The notes: generated from the sequence alone by a model not told the origin. Positions 28,655-37,971 are shown, numbered from the stretch's first letter. The stretch: DNA of 53,756 nucleotides from an uncultured Erysipelotrichaceae bacterium (GCA_902783215.1 CACZQD010000066.1:1-53756); one strand, 5' to 3'. Translations and numbers: made by a program.

Positions 28655-30379
28655 ATGAATGATAAAGAATATGTAGATGCTATAAGATTTATTGATAAAG
28701 TATATAAAACACTGTACAAAAGTAAATCAGTTAGTTTTGGTAAAAACGTTTATTTAAAATTTGATAATATTCGTAGTTATTTAGATAAAATGGATTTAAT
28801 TCATCGGAAAGCATTATTAAATTCAAAATATGTCGATATGATAAAAAAATTATATTATGATAAATATATAATTAAAAGGAATGATATTCCAAGACAATAT
28901 TATTATAACTATATAGAAAGATTAAAAGAATCTGGTTATGGCAATATTGTTTTGACTAATGACTTAAAAAAACAAATTCAAGACGATGTAATTAATAATC
29001 AGAAAGAAAGTTTAGATGTATGGTTAGATTTTTTGTTTAGTGATAAATCTATTGAATATACTATATGGTCTAAGTTTTGGGCATTTCAAGGAATGCTTAA
29101 ATTAGGTAAATATAATTCAGAAACTAAAAGCTTTAATAAACGTCGAAAAAATAGCATTCTTAGATTTGCTGATTTAAATGAAGATGCATTAAAATTATCT
29201 TTAGAATATATAGAAAGATTTATAAAAAAGAAATCGTTAGATGATGATAAGTTAGAAAAATTAGTTAAATCTGGATCTTTTGAATGTGTATATGGATATA
29301 TTATTGAGCAAATAAATGCCTATACTGATGAAGGTGTATGGGTAAAATATCCTAAAGGAAGCGATCCACTACCTTTAGTAAAATCATTACAAGGGTATAA
29401 TCTTGATTGGTGTACTATTGGTATGAAATCTGCATCTGATCATTTACAACTAGGAGATTTCTATATCTTTTATACAAAAGATCATAATGGTAAGTTTAAA
29501 GTTCCAAGAGCTGCAATAAGAATGGTAGATAATAATATAGCTGAAATTCGTGGAATTGGAGAAGGTCAAAGTATCGAACCACAACTTGAAAAGATTGTAG
29601 AATCAAAATTAAACGAATTTCCAAATAAAGACATTTATTATAAAAAAGTTAAAGATATGGAGTATTTAACACACATTTATAATTTACATAAAGCAGGTAA
29701 GCAGCTTTCCGCATACAATTTACGTTTTTTATATGAAATAGATAATACTATTGATGGATTTGGATATGATAAAGATCCAAGAATTAAGGAAATAATTGAT
29801 AGTCGTAACATTAAAGAAGATTTAGCTACTATATTTAATTGTTCTATAGAATTAATTGCAACGACAGAAGAAGAATTATATAGTAATCCAGAAAACATAG
29901 TGTGCTACTGCGGGGATTTAAAATATAAAGATAATGTTGTTTTTTCTAAACTAAAGTGTGTGATGGGTAAAGCTGATTTTTCAAAATTAGATACAATTAT
30001 GGGTATTGTTCCAGAACTTGAAAGTGTTACTGATACTTTTTATGGAGAAAAACTTAAGACAGCTAAAGGTTTAGAAAATTTAAAATATATTGGTGGAAGT
30101 GCATTGTTTGATGAATTAGAATCTGCTGCTGGATTAAATAATCTAAAATTAATTGGTTGGTCAGCATATTTTAATAGTTTAACTGATTTAAATGGATTAG
30201 ATAGTTTAATAAGTATTAGATGGAGTGCAGAATTTAATTCACTATTATCTTTAGATCATTTAGAAGTTTTAAAATATATTGGTGGTAATTTACACGTTGA
30301 ATCATTAGAAGATACAAGTAAGTTAAATCAAATTAATGTTGGTGGAACCACATATATTAAAGATCAAAAAAAGCTATGA
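28655..30379 (+). CDS. Hypothetical protein with C-terminal leucine-rich repeats
   Basis: The C-terminal ~130 aa are ~22-aa LRR-like units (LENLKYIGGSALF, LNNLKLIGWSAYF, LDSLISIRWSAEF, LEVLKYIGGNLHV). I did not recognise the N-terminal 430 aa. No signal peptide. Confidence 0.55.
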   Translation: MNDKEYVDAIRFIDKVYKTLYKSKSVSFGKNVYLKFDNIRSYLDKMDLIHRKALLNSKYVDMIKKLYYDKYIIKRNDIPRQYYYNYIERLKESGYGNIVLTNDLKKQIQDDVINNQKESLDVWLDFLFSDKSIEYTIWSKFWAFQGMLKLGKYNSETKSFNKRRKNSILRFADLNEDALKLSLEYIERFIKKKSLDDDKLEKLVKSGSFECVYGYIIEQINAYTDEGVWVKYPKGSDPLPLVKSLQGYNLDWCTIGMKSASDHLQLGDFYIFYTKDHNGKFKVPRAAIRMVDNNIAEIRGIGEGQSIEPQLEKIVESKLNEFPNKDIYYKKVKDMEYLTHIYNLHKAGKQLSAYNLRFLYEIDNTIDGFGYDKDPRIKEIIDSRNIKEDLATIFNCSIELIATTEEELYSNPENIVCYCGDLKYKDNVVFSKLKCVMGKADFSKLDTIMGIVPELESVTDTFYGEKLKTAKGLENLKYIGGSALFDELESAAGLNNLKLIGWSAYFNSLTDLNGLDSLISIRWSAEFNSLLSLDHLEVLKYIGGNLHVESLEDTSKLNQINVGGTTYIKDQKKL

Positions 30380-30399
30380 TATTAATCATAGTTTTATTT
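30374..30399 (+). terminator. Hairpin/terminator after the LRR gene
   Basis: ctatgat/atcatag stem spans the stop codon and is followed by TTTTATTT. Confidence 0.5.
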
Positions 30400-30446
30400 G
30401 ACATATAAAAAAAATTAATGTATTATATTAGCTCGTGGTGATGGTA

Positions 30447-31301
30447 ATGGATTTAATTAAAGAAGTTATGAAAAGAAAAACTAATGAGATTATTTTAAAT
30501 AACAAGTTAGGAAATAATAGTAATGATAATGTTATTCTATATGATATTATTTATAATAATGGATCAAAGTTAAATTACATTGAAAAGTTTAATGATCAGT
30601 TTAGTGGAACATCATTTATTAAAAGATTGTTACATGATGTTAAATTTTCTGAAGATATTCAACTTATTAAAATTGTTATTACTAATGAAAAATATAAATC
30701 ACTATCAGATTGCAATCTTTTTTATATAAATGAAAATCTAAAAATGAATGATCAATTATTTAATAATATTGAACAAGTAAAAAATAAAATTAATTTGTAT
30801 CATATGTTTAGTTCATCTGAATTTAATAAATATGATCAATTCACTGATAAAGATTATGCATTACTTAATTCTATTGTTGATATTATTGATAGTAATGAAA
30901 CAATTAGATACGGATGTGTAGTTAATAAGGTAAAATTGTCTAGTTTGAAATCTAATCATAGAACTTTTTATAATATTCAAATTTGTTCAATGTATTCAAT
31001 TGAAAAAGATTATAAAAATAAATTAATAAGTGGCAAAGTTTATAAAGGAATGAATTTTGAAAATAAGTATAGTAAAAATTACATAGTAAAATCATTTACT
31101 ACACAAGAATACTTAAATAATTTGAGTTTATTAACTAGAAAAACGCTTATTAAAGAGTTTCCATATTTAGTAGATTATTTTTTAGAACTTATTAGTTGGA
31201 AAAATGTTAATAAAACAGATATTATACCAGAAGAAGTATATGATGTAATTAAACAAAAATATATGAATAGTGATAAAAAAGTTAAAGAATATATAAAGTA
31301 A
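30447..31301 (+). CDS. Hypothetical protein
   Basis: Long ORF with codon usage like its neighbours. No recognisable motifs. The start is uncertain (30435-30447). Confidence 0.45.
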   Translation: MDLIKEVMKRKTNEIILNNKLGNNSNDNVILYDIIYNNGSKLNYIEKFNDQFSGTSFIKRLLHDVKFSEDIQLIKIVITNEKYKSLSDCNLFYINENLKMNDQLFNNIEQVKNKINLYHMFSSSEFNKYDQFTDKDYALLNSIVDIIDSNETIRYGCVVNKVKLSSLKSNHRTFYNIQICSMYSIEKDYKNKLISGKVYKGMNFENKYSKNYIVKSFTTQEYLNNLSLLTRKTLIKEFPYLVDYFLELISWKNVNKTDIIPEEVYDVIKQKYMNSDKKVKEYIK

Positions 31302-31381
31302 GTCTTTAACTTTTTTTGACATAGATATACTATTAGTGTACAATCAATAATGTAAATAATTAAATAAAGGAGGTGTGCGTT

Positions 31382-31771
31382 ATGAAAGAAAAATCTTGTG
31401 GTGCAGTAGTAATTAATAATGGTCAAGTATTATTAATTCAATCAAATGAAGGTATCTATGGATTTCCTAAAGGACATATGGAAGAAGGAGAAAGTGAAAA
31501 GCAAACAGCCATTAGAGAAGTAAAAGAGGAAACTAATGTTGATATTATCATTGATTCTAATCAAAAATATACAATGTCTTATTTAGTAAAAGATATTATA
31601 CCTAAAGATGTAGTATATTTTATTGGCCATCCTGTAGGAGAAATAAACTTAAGACCTCAAGAATGTGAAATAAAAAAAGTTTTATGGGTTGATATTGATG
31701 AAGTAGAAAATATATTGGAATTTGATAATATTAAAAAGTTATGGAAACAAATAATGAAAAACATGATATAA
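31382..31771 (+). CDS. NUDIX hydrolase
   Basis: Perfect Nudix box GFPKGHMEEGESEKQTAIREVKEETNV. RBS GGAGG before the ATG at 31382. Confidence 0.85.
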   Translation: MKEKSCGAVVINNGQVLLIQSNEGIYGFPKGHMEEGESEKQTAIREVKEETNVDIIIDSNQKYTMSYLVKDIIPKDVVYFIGHPVGEINLRPQECEIKKVLWVDIDEVENILEFDNIKKLWKQIMKNMI

Positions 31772-31796
31772 TTAATAAAGAAAGAGAGGGTATTAT

Positions 31797-32105
31797 ATGG
31801 GAGCAATTAAAATAGAAGAAAAAGAATTTGAACAAAAAACAAAAGAAGGAAAAGTATTAGTTGATTGTTTTGCCACTTGGTGTGGTCCTTGTAAAATGTT
31901 AAGTCCAATTATTGATGAAGTTGCTGAGGAAATAAATGATTGCTCATTTTATAAATTAGACGTTGATGAAGCAGAAAAAATTTCAAAACAATATGGAATT
32001 ATGTCTATACCAACTTTGTTATTATTTAAAGATGGGAAGTTAGTTAATCAAACTGTAGGTTTTAAGTCAAAAGAAGAAATAATAAGTTTTATAAATGAAA
32101 AATAA
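31797..32105 (+). CDS. trxA: Thioredoxin
   Basis: WCGPC active site, 102 aa. Confidence 0.95.
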   Translation: MGAIKIEEKEFEQKTKEGKVLVDCFATWCGPCKMLSPIIDEVAEEINDCSFYKLDVDEAEKISKQYGIMSIPTLLLFKDGKLVNQTVGFKSKEEIISFINEK

Positions 32106-32130
32106 CTATAGTATAACTATAGTTTTCTTT
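32104..32130 (+). terminator. Rho-independent terminator after trxA
   Basis: aactatag/ctatagtt stem plus a T-rich tail. Confidence 0.55.
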
Positions 32131-32143
32131 AGGAGGAATTTAA

Positions 32144-32635
32144 ATGGAAGTAAGAGATTTATATGATGAAAACAAAAAAGTAACAGGAAAAACATTTATT
32201 AAAGGAGAGCAAGTTCCAAAAGGATATTTTTACTTAATTGTAATTATTGTTATTGAAAATGATCAAGGAGAGTTTTTAATTCAAAAAAGAGTTGCAAGAA
32301 AAGGTGGTAAATGGGCATTAACTGGTGGTCATCCAAAAGCAGGAGAAACTAGCTTAGAAGGAATAATTGAAGAAGTAAAAGAAGAATTAGGAATTGATGT
32401 ATCAAAAGATAAATTGACTTTATTTAAAGAAATTACCAATAATGATCAATACTTTGATTTATATTATTTAAAGAAGAATATTGACATAAATGATATTGTT
32501 ATCCAAGAGGAAGAAGTTGATGGAGTAATGTGGGCTTCTAATGATAAAGTAAATAATATGTTTCAGGTAGGAGAATTCCATGAAGGGCATTATAAAATAT
32601 TGCAAGAATATTTAAAATATAGGAATCAAAAATGA
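32144..32635 (+). CDS. NUDIX hydrolase (variant box)
   Basis: GGHPKAGETSLEGIIEEVKEELGI, a Nudix box with EE in place of the RE dyad. Confidence 0.75.
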   Translation: MEVRDLYDENKKVTGKTFIKGEQVPKGYFYLIVIIVIENDQGEFLIQKRVARKGGKWALTGGHPKAGETSLEGIIEEVKEELGIDVSKDKLTLFKEITNNDQYFDLYYLKKNIDINDIVIQEEEVDGVMWASNDKVNNMFQVGEFHEGHYKILQEYLKYRNQK

Positions 32636-33126
32636 AAATATATTTAGATTTTGATGATGTTTTAGTAGACACTTATAATAAAGTTAATGAATTAAAAAGA
32701 AAAGATCAAACACATCGTGAATTTATAACTTCTTGTGATTGGAATAATATTTTAGAAGATATTCAAGTAATAAATGATTCTATTCATTATTTAAAAAATA
32801 CTAAATTAGATGTTAATATCTTATCTAAAGTAAGTACTTTAAATGAAGCTGAGGCTAAAGTAAAATTTTTAAGAAGAAATGGAGTAAAAGTAAATATTCA
32901 TATAGTGCCTAATTTGTTAAAAAAAGATGATATAGTAAGTGCTAAAGGGAATATATTAATTGATGATAAAATATATAATTTAGATAATTGGACATCAGCC
33001 GGTGGCATAGGAATATTTTTTAATAAAGATAATAATAATATAGATGTTTATGGGAAAAAGAATACTAAATATCAACTAATTAATAATTTAGATTTATTAA
33101 TAAGTGGTATTCAAAAATATTTATAA
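32632..33126 (+). CDS. HAD-superfamily 5'(3')-deoxyribonucleotidase-like protein
   Basis: N-terminal DxDxV motif (YLDFDDVLVD), small size, and LIDD near the C-terminus. It overlaps the upstream NUDIX stop (ATGA). Confidence 0.55.
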   Translation: MKIYLDFDDVLVDTYNKVNELKRKDQTHREFITSCDWNNILEDIQVINDSIHYLKNTKLDVNILSKVSTLNEAEAKVKFLRRNGVKVNIHIVPNLLKKDDIVSAKGNILIDDKIYNLDNWTSAGGIGIFFNKDNNNIDVYGKKNTKYQLINNLDLLISGIQKYL

Positions 33127-33167
33127 ATGGTATAATATAAACTATTATACTTTTTTGAGGTGATAAA

Positions 33168-33767
33168 ATGTCTAAAATATCCAATGTTATAACTATGTTA
33201 CAATTGCTGTCAACAGGTAGAAAATATAGTGTACAAGAATTATCTGATCTTTTAGAAGTCACACCACGAATGATTAGAATATACAAAGAAGAGTTAGAAA
33301 AATCAGGCATTTATATTGATACAATAATGGGTCCATATGGAGGTTATGTATTAAATCAATCTATTAGATTACCAGTTAGAAAGTTTAAAAAAGCAGATTA
33401 TCAATTAATAGATAATTATATTAAAAAAGAAAAAAATACTCAAAAACAAGAAAAATTAGAAATATTAAAAGATAAAATTAGAGGAGTATATATTGGAAGT
33501 AAACAAGAAAGTAAAGAGCTTAATTTAGAAGACGAAACTTTAAATAAATATAATATTCTAACAAAAGCTATTAAAGAAAGACGTAAAGTCAAAATACTAT
33601 ATTATTCTTATAATAGTGGCGAAAATGAAAGAGTTATTAATCCTGCAGAAATGTTTTTGTTTAAAGATGGTTGGTATTGTGCTGCATACTGCGAATTAAG
33701 AAAAGATATTCGTCATTTTGAATTAAAAAGAATAAGAAAATATGAATTACTTGATATTATTTTTTAA
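33168..33767 (+). CDS. HTH + WYL-domain transcriptional regulator
   Basis: N-terminal wHTH (YSVQELSDLLEVTPRMIRIYKEELEKSG). C-terminal WYL core (ERVINPAEMFLFKDGWYCAAYCELRKDIRHFELKRI). Confidence 0.75.
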   Translation: MSKISNVITMLQLLSTGRKYSVQELSDLLEVTPRMIRIYKEELEKSGIYIDTIMGPYGGYVLNQSIRLPVRKFKKADYQLIDNYIKKEKNTQKQEKLEILKDKIRGVYIGSKQESKELNLEDETLNKYNILTKAIKERRKVKILYYSYNSGENERVINPAEMFLFKDGWYCAAYCELRKDIRHFELKRIRKYELLDIIF

Positions 33768-33818
33768 GTAGACGATATATTACCTATATATTTAGTAAAC
33801 TATTGTTGAGGTGGTAAT

Positions 33819-34724
33819 ATGTTAGAAAATTTCGAATTACTTAATGATCGGATCATAGATGCTTTAGAAAAGTCTGATTTGGAAGAAATAAGAAATAAAT
33901 TAAGTAATATTAAAACTCCTACAATTGTTAGTGGAGTAGGAGGATCAAAAGTAGTTAGTAATTATGTAAGTAAAGTATTAACTGCTAAAAATAATATAAT
34001 ATCAACTAGTATTGAACCTAGAGATATATTATATATGAATTTAGAAAACTACTATAATATTATATCCTGTAGTTATGGTGGTAATAATTATGGAGTAAGA
34101 TTATCATTTAATAATCACTTAAAACATTATTTATTGTCAAAAAATAAACAAGACGGAATTATTGATTTACAATATCAAACAACCATTAAAGATGAAAATA
34201 GTTTTATTTCTTTAGCTGCTACAATGATACCAATGAGTATAATGTTATCATATTATTTGGATAATGATTTAAGTTTAATATATGATATTTTAAATACTAA
34301 ACTAGATTTTACTTTCGATATAAAAGATATTTATGAAATATTATGTGGATATGAGTCAATTACAGCTTCACATTATTTAGATTCCACACTAACTGAAGCG
34401 GGAATAGGTATTCCTATTATTCATAGTAAATATGATTATTGTCATGGAAGAACTACAATTACGAAGAATTATAATTCTAATATGATTTTATTAAATGATG
34501 ATCGTAAGTTAGATAAAAGATTGATAGCAACTTTAATTGATAATGGTAAAGATATAATTGTTTTTAAAAGGAAGTATCAAGATGACATAATAAATGATTA
34601 TTATTTAACTTATTTAAGTATGCTTTTTACAAAAGAAATAGCCTTAAAAAAAGGTGTTGATCTATCAAATGTAAATTATTCACCAATGGTAAAAAAATTA
34701 TATTATTATAAGGAGGAAATGTAG
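33819..34724 (+). CDS. SIS-domain-like (sugar-phosphate binding/isomerase fold) protein
   Basis: Tentative. GVGGSKVV nucleotide/phosphosugar-loop-like motif, a second half with a CHG motif resembling the SIS xKHG, and a two-lobed ~300 aa layout. Confidence 0.4.
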   Translation: MLENFELLNDRIIDALEKSDLEEIRNKLSNIKTPTIVSGVGGSKVVSNYVSKVLTAKNNIISTSIEPRDILYMNLENYYNIISCSYGGNNYGVRLSFNNHLKHYLLSKNKQDGIIDLQYQTTIKDENSFISLAATMIPMSIMLSYYLDNDLSLIYDILNTKLDFTFDIKDIYEILCGYESITASHYLDSTLTEAGIGIPIIHSKYDYCHGRTTITKNYNSNMILLNDDRKLDKRLIATLIDNGKDIIVFKRKYQDDIINDYYLTYLSMLFTKEIALKKGVDLSNVNYSPMVKKLYYYKEEM

Positions 34725-34727
34725 TAT

Positions 34728-35330
34728 ATGAAAATCACTTATGTTACGGGTAACTATGGTAAATACATATCCGTTAAAGAAAAATTTGATAATGCGCGGA
34801 TAAATATTAAATATGCTAATATTGATATTAATGAGCCAAACATTAATGATATAGAGTATATTTCCAAATATAAAGCAATGAAAGCATATGAACTAATCAA
34901 AGAACCAGTTTTTGTTGCTGATTCAGGATTCTATATTAATAATTATCCAAATAATCCAGGATATCCTGGCGCCTTTGTTAAAAGAAGTGGTGTTAGTTCT
35001 AATCCTGATAAACTATTATTGGAAATGAAGGATATTCAAGATAGAACTTGCTATTTTTTAGATTGTTTAACGTTTTATGATGGACAACATTTTTATCAAT
35101 TCTTTGGTAAATGTGAGGGAACACTAAGCAAAGAAAAAAGAGGAAACAGTTTAAAACGCGCAAAATCAAATTTATGGTTTGTATTTATTCCTAAAAATTG
35201 TTCTAAAACTTTAGCGCAAATGACTGATGAGGAAAGAAATACTCGTAACGATGGAAGAACAAATGCTACTGATAACTTTATCAATTGGTATACTAATGAA
35301 TATAATTTTTCAAAACAGAAGGTAAAATAG
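34728..35330 (+). CDS. Divergent Ham1/ITPase-family non-canonical NTP pyrophosphatase-like protein
   Basis: VTGNYGKY, VADSGFYI...PGYPGAFVKR and FIPKNCSKTLAQMTDEERN align with RdgB/ITPA motifs (TGNxxK, DDSGL...PGxxSAR, FxPxGxxKTFAEMxxEEKN). FGYDP and SHR are not conserved. Confidence 0.65.
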   Translation: MKITYVTGNYGKYISVKEKFDNARINIKYANIDINEPNINDIEYISKYKAMKAYELIKEPVFVADSGFYINNYPNNPGYPGAFVKRSGVSSNPDKLLLEMKDIQDRTCYFLDCLTFYDGQHFYQFFGKCEGTLSKEKRGNSLKRAKSNLWFVFIPKNCSKTLAQMTDEERNTRNDGRTNATDNFINWYTNEYNFSKQKVK

Positions 35331-35345
35331 TCTTCTGTTTTATTG
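35312..35345 (+). terminator. Rho-independent terminator ending the WYL-SIS-Ham1 unit
   Basis: 10-bp stem aaaacagaag/cttctgtttt spans the stop codon and is followed by Ts. Confidence 0.7.
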
Positions 35346-35372
35346 ACATTTGTATAATATATGTGTTAGAAT
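35343..35372 (+). promoter_or_regulatory. Sigma-A promoter of the metallophosphoesterase/ankyrin-ATPase pair
   Basis: TTGACA, 18 nt, TAGAAT, with an extended -10 TG. Confidence 0.55.
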
Positions 35373-35398
35373 AAATGACAAATTTTGGGGGATTAAAT

Positions 35399-36418
35399 AT
35401 GACAGAAACTAATAAATTGATTATTAAGATGATTGAAGAAGGTGCAAGTGTAAATAAGATTGCTCAAGTAACTGGATTAAGCAACAAACAATTATTTTAC
35501 AGATTAAATTTATTAAAAGCCAAAGGTTTTACTTTTACAAGAAAATATTATGAAAATGGCGATATTACTTATAATATAATTAAAAGCATTAATCCGATAA
35601 AAAACATCAGTACAACAATATTAACTGATAGAAATAGTAACAGTTTTAAAGCTCTTTTTATATCTGACATACATTTAGGAAGTTTATATGACTGTGTCAA
35701 ATATTTAGATATGGTATATGATTATTGTATTAATAATAATATTTATACTATTATTAATGCTGGAGATTTTATTGATGGAACTATTGGTAATATAAAAAAA
35801 ATAGAAGATATTGATACACAAATAAATTATGCTATAAAAAATTATCCATTTGATAAAAATATACTTAATTTTTTATGCCTAGGAAATCATGATTATAGTG
35901 CATTAGAAAAATATGGACAAGATTTTGGAAAAACATTAAATGCTAGAAGACATGATATTGTTCCAATTGGATATGGAACTGGTGTTATTAACTTAAAAAA
36001 TGACTATATTGTTATAAGACATCCTGAAACGCCAAATAGTGTTACTACTGATTTAAATAAGCGATTTATTTTTTATGGACACTCTCATAAAATGAAAGTT
36101 TTAACAAGTCATTTTAACAATGTATTAAATATCCCATCATTATGTAATTTACCTATGTCAAAACATACAATACCAGGAGCTCTTCTAGCTGAATTGAAAT
36201 TCAATAATGGTGAAATAACTAATGGTTTATTCACACAGTTAATAATTATGAATAATGAATTATGTCCAATTAATGAAATGAATTTATATTTAAAAGGTGG
36301 AAATGGAGATGCTAATGCAATTATTAATAATATAGATGATCGAAAGTACACTAACACATTATCGAATAAGAAAGTATTGAGCCAAATAGATAAATTCAAT
36401 AAAAGATATCATAGATAA
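35399..36418 (+). CDS. HTH-domain-fused calcineurin-like metallophosphoesterase
   Basis: N-terminal HTH (ASVNKIAQVTGLSNKQLFYRL). MPE motifs FISDIHLGS, GDFIDG, GNHD and GHSH. The ATG at 35399 follows RBS GGGGGA. Confidence 0.7.
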   Translation: MTETNKLIIKMIEEGASVNKIAQVTGLSNKQLFYRLNLLKAKGFTFTRKYYENGDITYNIIKSINPIKNISTTILTDRNSNSFKALFISDIHLGSLYDCVKYLDMVYDYCINNNIYTIINAGDFIDGTIGNIKKIEDIDTQINYAIKNYPFDKNILNFLCLGNHDYSALEKYGQDFGKTLNARRHDIVPIGYGTGVINLKNDYIVIRHPETPNSVTTDLNKRFIFYGHSHKMKVLTSHFNNVLNIPSLCNLPMSKHTIPGALLAELKFNNGEITNGLFTQLIIMNNELCPINEMNLYLKGGNGDANAIINNIDDRKYTNTLSNKKVLSQIDKFNKRYHR

Positions 36419-36441
36419 TAATTATTAGGAGGGAAGATTTT

Positions 36442-37971
36442 ATGTTTGATAGTGATGATATATCAGAAATGTTACCATTTATAACAAATAATTATAAAAA
36501 GAATTTAGAAGAAATGCGATTAATATTAGTAAATGATCTACACAATGTTGATAACTATGGTAACACATTACTTCATGCTTTTGCCTATGATTCTTGTTAT
36601 GATGAAGAACCAAAAAGATTATTGGCTATTCAAACATTACTAGATTATGGACTTAATCCAAATGACGAAGATATTACAGGACAAAACTTTATTCAAGCAG
36701 CAATGTATGATGGTACTACAGATCAGTATATCTTACAATTAATAGATGAAGCTATTAAGTATAAATTAGATGTCAACCACAAAGATAGTAGTGGTAATAC
36801 TATGATGCATTCAGCAATTTTTTCGAATAATTATGATGTAGACACGTTGATTTCGATTCATAACCTATTAGAAAAACACGGTTTCAATAAAGATTTGTTA
36901 AATAAGCAAGGAATGGACACTGTAAAAGCAATGTATTGTTGTGAAGCATATGGTAATGATGAAATAAAATATTTTAAAGAAGCTATTGGTTATGATAAAG
37001 AATCTCATATTAATAAAAAAGATAGTATTACTCGAACAGAAATAGAAGAAGACTTTAAAAATTTTGGACAAGTATTGAATAATAAACAATACAAATTTAA
37101 ACCAACTATTGGCCGTGATAAAGAAATAATGGAAATTATGATATCACTAGCCAAAGAAAAAGAAAGCACTATTATCGTAGGAGAATCGGGTGTGGGGAAA
37201 AGCGCATTATTAGATGAATTAGCATATCAAATTCAAAATAATAATGTTCCTAAATTTTTAAAACATCGAACCATTGTTGAAGTTATGCCGAGTTCCTTAG
37301 TATCTGGTTGTGAATATGTTGGACAATTTGAAAAGAAAATGCATGAATTTTTAAAACTATGTGAAAAACATAATGCTATAGTTGTTATAAATGAAATTCA
37401 TAGTATTTATGGTACTGGAGTATCTAAAGGTAATGATAATGATATGGCTAGTATACTTAAAACTTATTTAGACAAACCGAATTTTAAAATTATTGGTACA
37501 ACTACAAATGATGAATATGAAAAATACTTTACGCATAATGCTTTAAAGAGAAGATTTGGTAAAATATTAGTTAAAGAACCAGATAAAGAAACATTAAAAG
37601 TAATTATTTGTAAAGTTATAAATGATTATTTAGAAAATAACAATATATCTTTTCAAAATGAAAAAATAAAAAAAGATATAATTGATAATATCATTTGGGC
37701 AACAGAAGATAGACATAGAGTATATAATGATAAAGAAAATAATCCATCTTTAGCTATCTCAATTATTGATACAGCATTTGCTATATCAAAAGTATACGAT
37801 AGTGAAACAATTGATCTTAATCATTTTATTCAAGCTATAGAAAGTAATTATAGAATATATGATATAGCCAAAAAAGAGGCAATTGATCGATTAAAATACA
37901 TTAAAATGAGTAATGAAATACCAAAAAAATTAAGTAAAATAATTAGTTTAAAAAAAGACACAAAACTTTAA
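36442..37971 (+). CDS. Ankyrin-repeat protein fused to a single Clp/Hsp100 D1-type AAA+ ATPase domain
   Basis: About 3 ANK repeats (GNTLLHAFAY..LLDYGLNPN; GNTMMHSAIF). ClpA/B-like GRDKEIMEIM..., Walker A GESGVGKS, Walker B region VVINEIH (N in place of the usual D), and TTNDEYEKYF..ALKRRF. Confidence 0.75.
   Translation: MFDSDDISEMLPFITNNYKKNLEEMRLILVNDLHNVDNYGNTLLHAFAYDSCYDEEPKRLLAIQTLLDYGLNPNDEDITGQNFIQAAMYDGTTDQYILQLIDEAIKYKLDVNHKDSSGNTMMHSAIFSNNYDVDTLISIHNLLEKHGFNKDLLNKQGMDTVKAMYCCEAYGNDEIKYFKEAIGYDKESHINKKDSITRTEIEEDFKNFGQVLNNKQYKFKPTIGRDKEIMEIMISLAKEKESTIIVGESGVGKSALLDELAYQIQNNNVPKFLKHRTIVEVMPSSLVSGCEYVGQFEKKMHEFLKLCEKHNAIVVINEIHSIYGTGVSKGNDNDMASILKTYLDKPNFKIIGTTTNDEYEKYFTHNALKRRFGKILVKEPDKETLKVIICKVINDYLENNNISFQNEKIKKDIIDNIIWATEDRHRVYNDKENNPSLAISIIDTAFAISKVYDSETIDLNHFIQAIESNYRIYDIAKKEAIDRLKYIKMSNEIPKKLSKIISLKKDTKL

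Noticed and set aside
31175-31426. 83-aa minus-strand ORF across the 31302-31372 intergenic region
   Set aside because: It overlaps the ends of two plus-strand genes and the NUDIX RBS. It has no RBS of its own and is probably spurious.
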